Shown: in pieces, positions 60,359 to 64,000 of the stretch | Numbering within the stretch: the stretch's first letter is position 1 | How the letters are laid out: every line of letters starts with the position of its first letter | The notes under the pieces: model-generated | What the model was told of the DNA's origin: nothing | Database searches by the model: none | The model's input: only the letters and a program-made list of their open reading frames with translations | Made by a program: the position numbers and the translations under genes | Assembly: GCF_006345805.1 (NCBI RefSeq) | Contig: NW_021836140.1 | Span: forward strand, 26,564-90,563 | Direction: 5' to 3' | DNA from: Octopus sinensis | Lineage: Eukaryota | DNA length: 64,000 bases

Positions 60359-60588
60359 GGCGGCGCGCTGGCAGAAACTTTAGCGTGCCGGGCAAAATGC
60401 TTAGCAGTATGTCGTCTGTTGTTATGTTCTGAGTTCAAATTCCGCCGAGGTCAACTTTGCCTTTCATCCTTTCGGGGTCGATAAATTAAGTACCAGTTAT
60501 GCACTGGGGTCGATATAATCGACTTAATCCTTTGTCTGTCCTTGTTTGTCCCCTCTATGTTTAGCCCCTTGTGGGCAGTAAAGAAATA
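60359..60588 (+). mobile_element. Full-length SINE family B2
   Basis: Matches 32831-33060. Confidence 0.88.
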
Positions 60589-60699
60589 TATATTTTTCCT
60601 ATCTCAAGGCAAACTTTGCACTTGTTATAAATATTTGGATCGTTAGGAATTTACACTTCTGTGTAATCAGATTAGGAAAGTAAATAATTTGACTGTTTC

Positions 60700-61720
60700 A
60701 ATTTCAACTGCATAAATTGATGGCATTGGTGTATGGAGGTAAAACATATTCCACTTAACCTCTTTGTCATAAGTACACTGGTATATGAAGTAGCACTTTC
60801 ACCAGCAAATGTAGTATCACTTCAATATAGTAAGAAGTCATGAGTTTGGCTTATGAGAGCAGTACAACCCTGCTGATAACACACAGATAAAGGAAAGAAG
60901 GGGATATAAGGAATTTCTCTTTTAGAAGAGAAGGAATTTCCTTGAGGCATGATTCCTACTAAAATCCAGTCAGGTTTCAGGGTTTTGGGTATTTATTCCC
61001 TAGAGAGAAACAACATCACCAATACTCTTTTAGTCTTTTACTTGTTTCAGTCATTTGACTGTGGCCATGCTGGAGCACCACCATGGGGATTTTCTCCATT
61101 TTTCTTTTTTTCTTTTTTTTGTGATGAGGTTTTTCTGCAACAGAAGACCAAATAACCAGTCCCACAGTATTTGCCCCTCTGACCCACAAGTGCTGCATTA
61201 TCAAGTCGACCAGAATCACCTGGCTTAGATCACTTGATATCAGAGAATATATGTCCTTTCAACAAAGCTAGCCCAATTGAAAGAAAGTAGATGAGAAAAT
61301 CTGAGAGAAAAGGAGTTCTCACTGACATTCCTGAACCATTTGAAATTACACAACAGGCCAAGAATATAAAGGAGACATTATCCAGGGAGTAAATTAAACC
61401 AAGAAAATTATGCTTGAAGAGTTCATCGAGATTATTGATAGTGAGGTCTCTATTGAAGAGGTTTGTATTTCCCTGGACATCATATCTGGTTGATAGGAAA
61501 CATCTGACGGTGAACAACCCACAAACAGGAATGTGGTAACTATTCAAATGCAAGTGTTTGGAAGGGAAAAAAAGGTGGAACATTATATTGGACACATTAA
61601 TAAAATTTACAGAGATGGCATGACCATCAAAATCTTGGAATGTGTCCCAGAGAAAGATTTTTGCACACTCCAAATTCACAAAGCTGATTATCACTCACAG
61701 GAACATGAGGTCATTGTATA
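60700..61720 (+). pseudogene. Possible pogo/Tigger-like transposase C-terminal remnant
   Basis: IPTKIQSGFRVLGIYSLERN, RKGVLTDIPE and QVFGREKKVEHYIGHINKI resemble pogo-family C-terminal motifs. Many stops, and a family A tail fragment is inserted at ~61030-61085. Confidence 0.35.
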
Positions 61721-62152
61721 CATTTTGCCTGCTCTGTACAACAGAACAAAGCATCAACAGCAGCAGCAACTTGTGTTTCTTGTTGAACTTCTCAGCCTAC
61801 AAGCCAGAATAAATATAAGGACATGTTGTGGAACAATAAACCTTATTTATAGTTGACAAACCAAAGTAATGACCATGCCTTGTTGAAGTTGGCTAATAAA
61901 ATACATCATTGGAACTAAAAACTGAAATGATGCCAACATCTTTCTTGAATTATTCTCTAATTATTGCTGTGTTCCAACTAGCCTCATGGCACGAGTCCTC
62001 TTACTCCATTGTGAAGCTACTGTAATGGTTACACTTGGGTCGCAAAAATGACTTTCTTCAGGAATTTCTCAAAGCATCTTCTGAATGTGTTGACTGAGTT
62101 TTGTTGCACTCATTTATATTTGTGACAAATGATAATGCAATTATTTTATCAA

Positions 62153-62311
62153 CAGGAGTGGCTGTGTGGTAAGTAGCTTGCTTACGAACAACATGGTTCT
62201 GGGTTCAGTCCCACTGCGTGGCACCTTGGGCAAGTGTCTTCTACTATAGTCTCGGGCTGACCAAAGCCTTGTGAGTGGATTTGGTAGCCAGAAACTGAAA
62301 GAAACCGGTTG

Positions 62312-62342
<31 letters not shown>

Positions 62343-62560
62343 ATATGTTTGTGTGTCTGTGCCCCACCCCAAAATCGCTTGACAACTGATGCTGGTGTGT
62401 TTACGTCCCTGTAACTTAGCGGTTCAGCAAAAGAGACTGATAGAATAAGTACTAGGCTTACAAAGAATAAGTCATGGGGTCGATTTGCTCAACTAAATGC
62501 GGTGCTCCAGCATGGCCACAGTCACATCACTGAAACAAGTAAAAGAGTAGAGTAAAGAGT
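62153..62560 (+). mobile_element. SINE family A
   Basis: Head CAGGAGTGGCTGTGTGG and tail GCGGTGCTCCAGCATGGCCACAGTCACATCACTGAAACAAGTAAAAGAG. Confidence 0.88.
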
Positions 62561-62754
62561 ATAACTATGGACTGAAAATAACCATTTTGGTGGGTGGGTA
62601 GGTAGTGGGAATATGTTCACACTAATCCCAGTTTCCTCTTACTATTCTGTAATGAATGAAACATAGAGCATGTATCATAAATCATAGAAATATAAATATT
62701 TTGTTTTGTATATTCAAGAACACATTTCATAGATTTGTTTACTGATTGTTACCT

Positions 62755-63085
62755 TCTCTATCTATCTATCCGCTCAGTCGAAGTTGACTCTCGGTTACTC
62801 AATGTATCAGTGTTCTCCAGCCAGTTCTATCCTGGGTCGCTTCTTTCAGATTGGCTATGGCCATTCCTGTGTCACTCTTAATGGTGTCAAGCCAGCGAGT
62901 TCTTGGTCGGCCTCTTCCTCTCTTGCCACTGACCATTCTAAGCATGATGTCCTTCACCAGGGATTTTCTCTGCATAATATGACCAAAATATGCCAATCTA
63001 TGCTTGGCGATCCAACCTTCTAGTGACAGTTTCAGCTTGATCCGGTTAAGAACTTCTCTATTGGTGAGCCTCGCTTGTTACCTTA
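62755..63085 (-). mobile_element. RTE/BovB-like LINE 3' end
   Basis: LAYFGHIMQRKSLVKDIMLRMVSGKRGRGRPRTRWLDTIKSDTG...QDRTGWRTLIH, short 3' UTR and (TAGA)n-like tail. Confidence 0.8.
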
Positions 63086-63312
63086 GATGCATAGATACGT
63101 ATACTAGTGCAGTTATTGTCATATCTTGAGGCAAATTGTTAGGATGATTGAATTGACACTTTGTAGCCAGGATAACTTCAAGTAGTTATCTGTTTAGAAA
63201 GAATATGCCAACATCTCTCTACTCTGAAGAAAGAGATTATCCAATTTTATGTGAAACATCCTTCCAAAATGACACACTGATTTCAATAATTTCACTGTTA
63301 TACCAATAAGTA

Positions 63313-63510
63313 CATCATCATCATCATCATCATCATCGTTTAACGTCCATTCTCCATGCTAGCATGGGTTGGACGGTTCAACCGGGATCTGGGAAGCCAC
63401 AAGGCTGCACCAGGCTCCTGTCTGATCTGGCAGAGTTTCTACAGCTGGATGCCCTTCCTAACGCCAACCACTCCGTGAGTGTAGTGGGTGCTTTTTACGT
63501 GCCACCGGCA
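63313..63510 (-). mobile_element. SINE-like family E, 3' part with a (GAT)n tail
   Basis: Matches 20981-21222. Confidence 0.75.
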
Positions 63511-64000
63511 GACCACACCCAGTTTCATTAGGTTTTTGCCTTTTCTTTTATCTGATATCAAGTCTAACATGTTCTCTTTCAGCTAAGACTAAAAAAAAGT
63601 TAAAATAGAAAATTCTAATGAGCCATCAATCTAATTTTTTCTTAAACATTCTCTTATGTATTTTTGTCTGATAAAAATAAACACAGGTGGAGTCAAAAGG
63701 GGTCAAAATAAAGTCTGAAGATTTGCAACAGAGTATAATATAAAGACTATGCCAAAAGTACCAACGAATCAAATAATTGCAAACCAAGCTTAATGTTAGA
63801 ACTATTCAGTTAACATCAATAGCTTTAAACTATTTTATTCTTTCGTTGGTTTTAGTCATTAAGCAGCAATTATCGTGGAGCACTACTTTTATCAGTTTTA
63901 GGTCAATCATATTGACCCTAGTACTTGTTGTTGTTGTTGTTGTTTGTTCCTTCTCAAACCATGCCTGGCTCATAAGGGCCAGTTTTCCCATTTTCATTGG

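Noticed and set aside
12131-62560. tRNA-like heads as true tRNA genes
   Set aside because: They lack a complete cloverleaf and continue into SINE bodies and tails.

Overview
AT-rich, microsatellite-dense eukaryotic non-coding DNA with no host protein-coding exon I can support. The SINE families and repeat style suggest a coleoid cephalopod, probably Octopus; this is inferred from recognition, not from a database search. The window is a stack of mobile elements. There are four mariner copies or remnants, two non-autonomous Helitron-like elements and about 25 tRNA-headed SINE copies in about 5 families (labelled A-E here). There is also a 5'-truncated CR1-group LINE whose ORF2 is broken by a single 1-bp deletion, RTE and REL-type LINE remnants, and two Penelope-like element (PLE) remnants with RT and GIY-YIG motifs. 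The strongest unexplained signal is a dispersed set of minimal type I hammerhead ribozyme (HHR) motifs. Seven loci have complete topology (one with an A6U core variant), one further locus has a double core variant, and three are degenerate. They have unrelated stems but a shared palindromic mini-stem III, and several sit in fold-back palindromes abutting (TA)n tracts. One HHR is embedded in a tRNA-headed SINE-like element, and two co-oriented HHRs bracket an antisense PLE remnant. The CR1 LINE and SINE family A share a 3' tail hairpin with compensatory base changes. All ribozyme calls are manual folds and none has been tested for activity.
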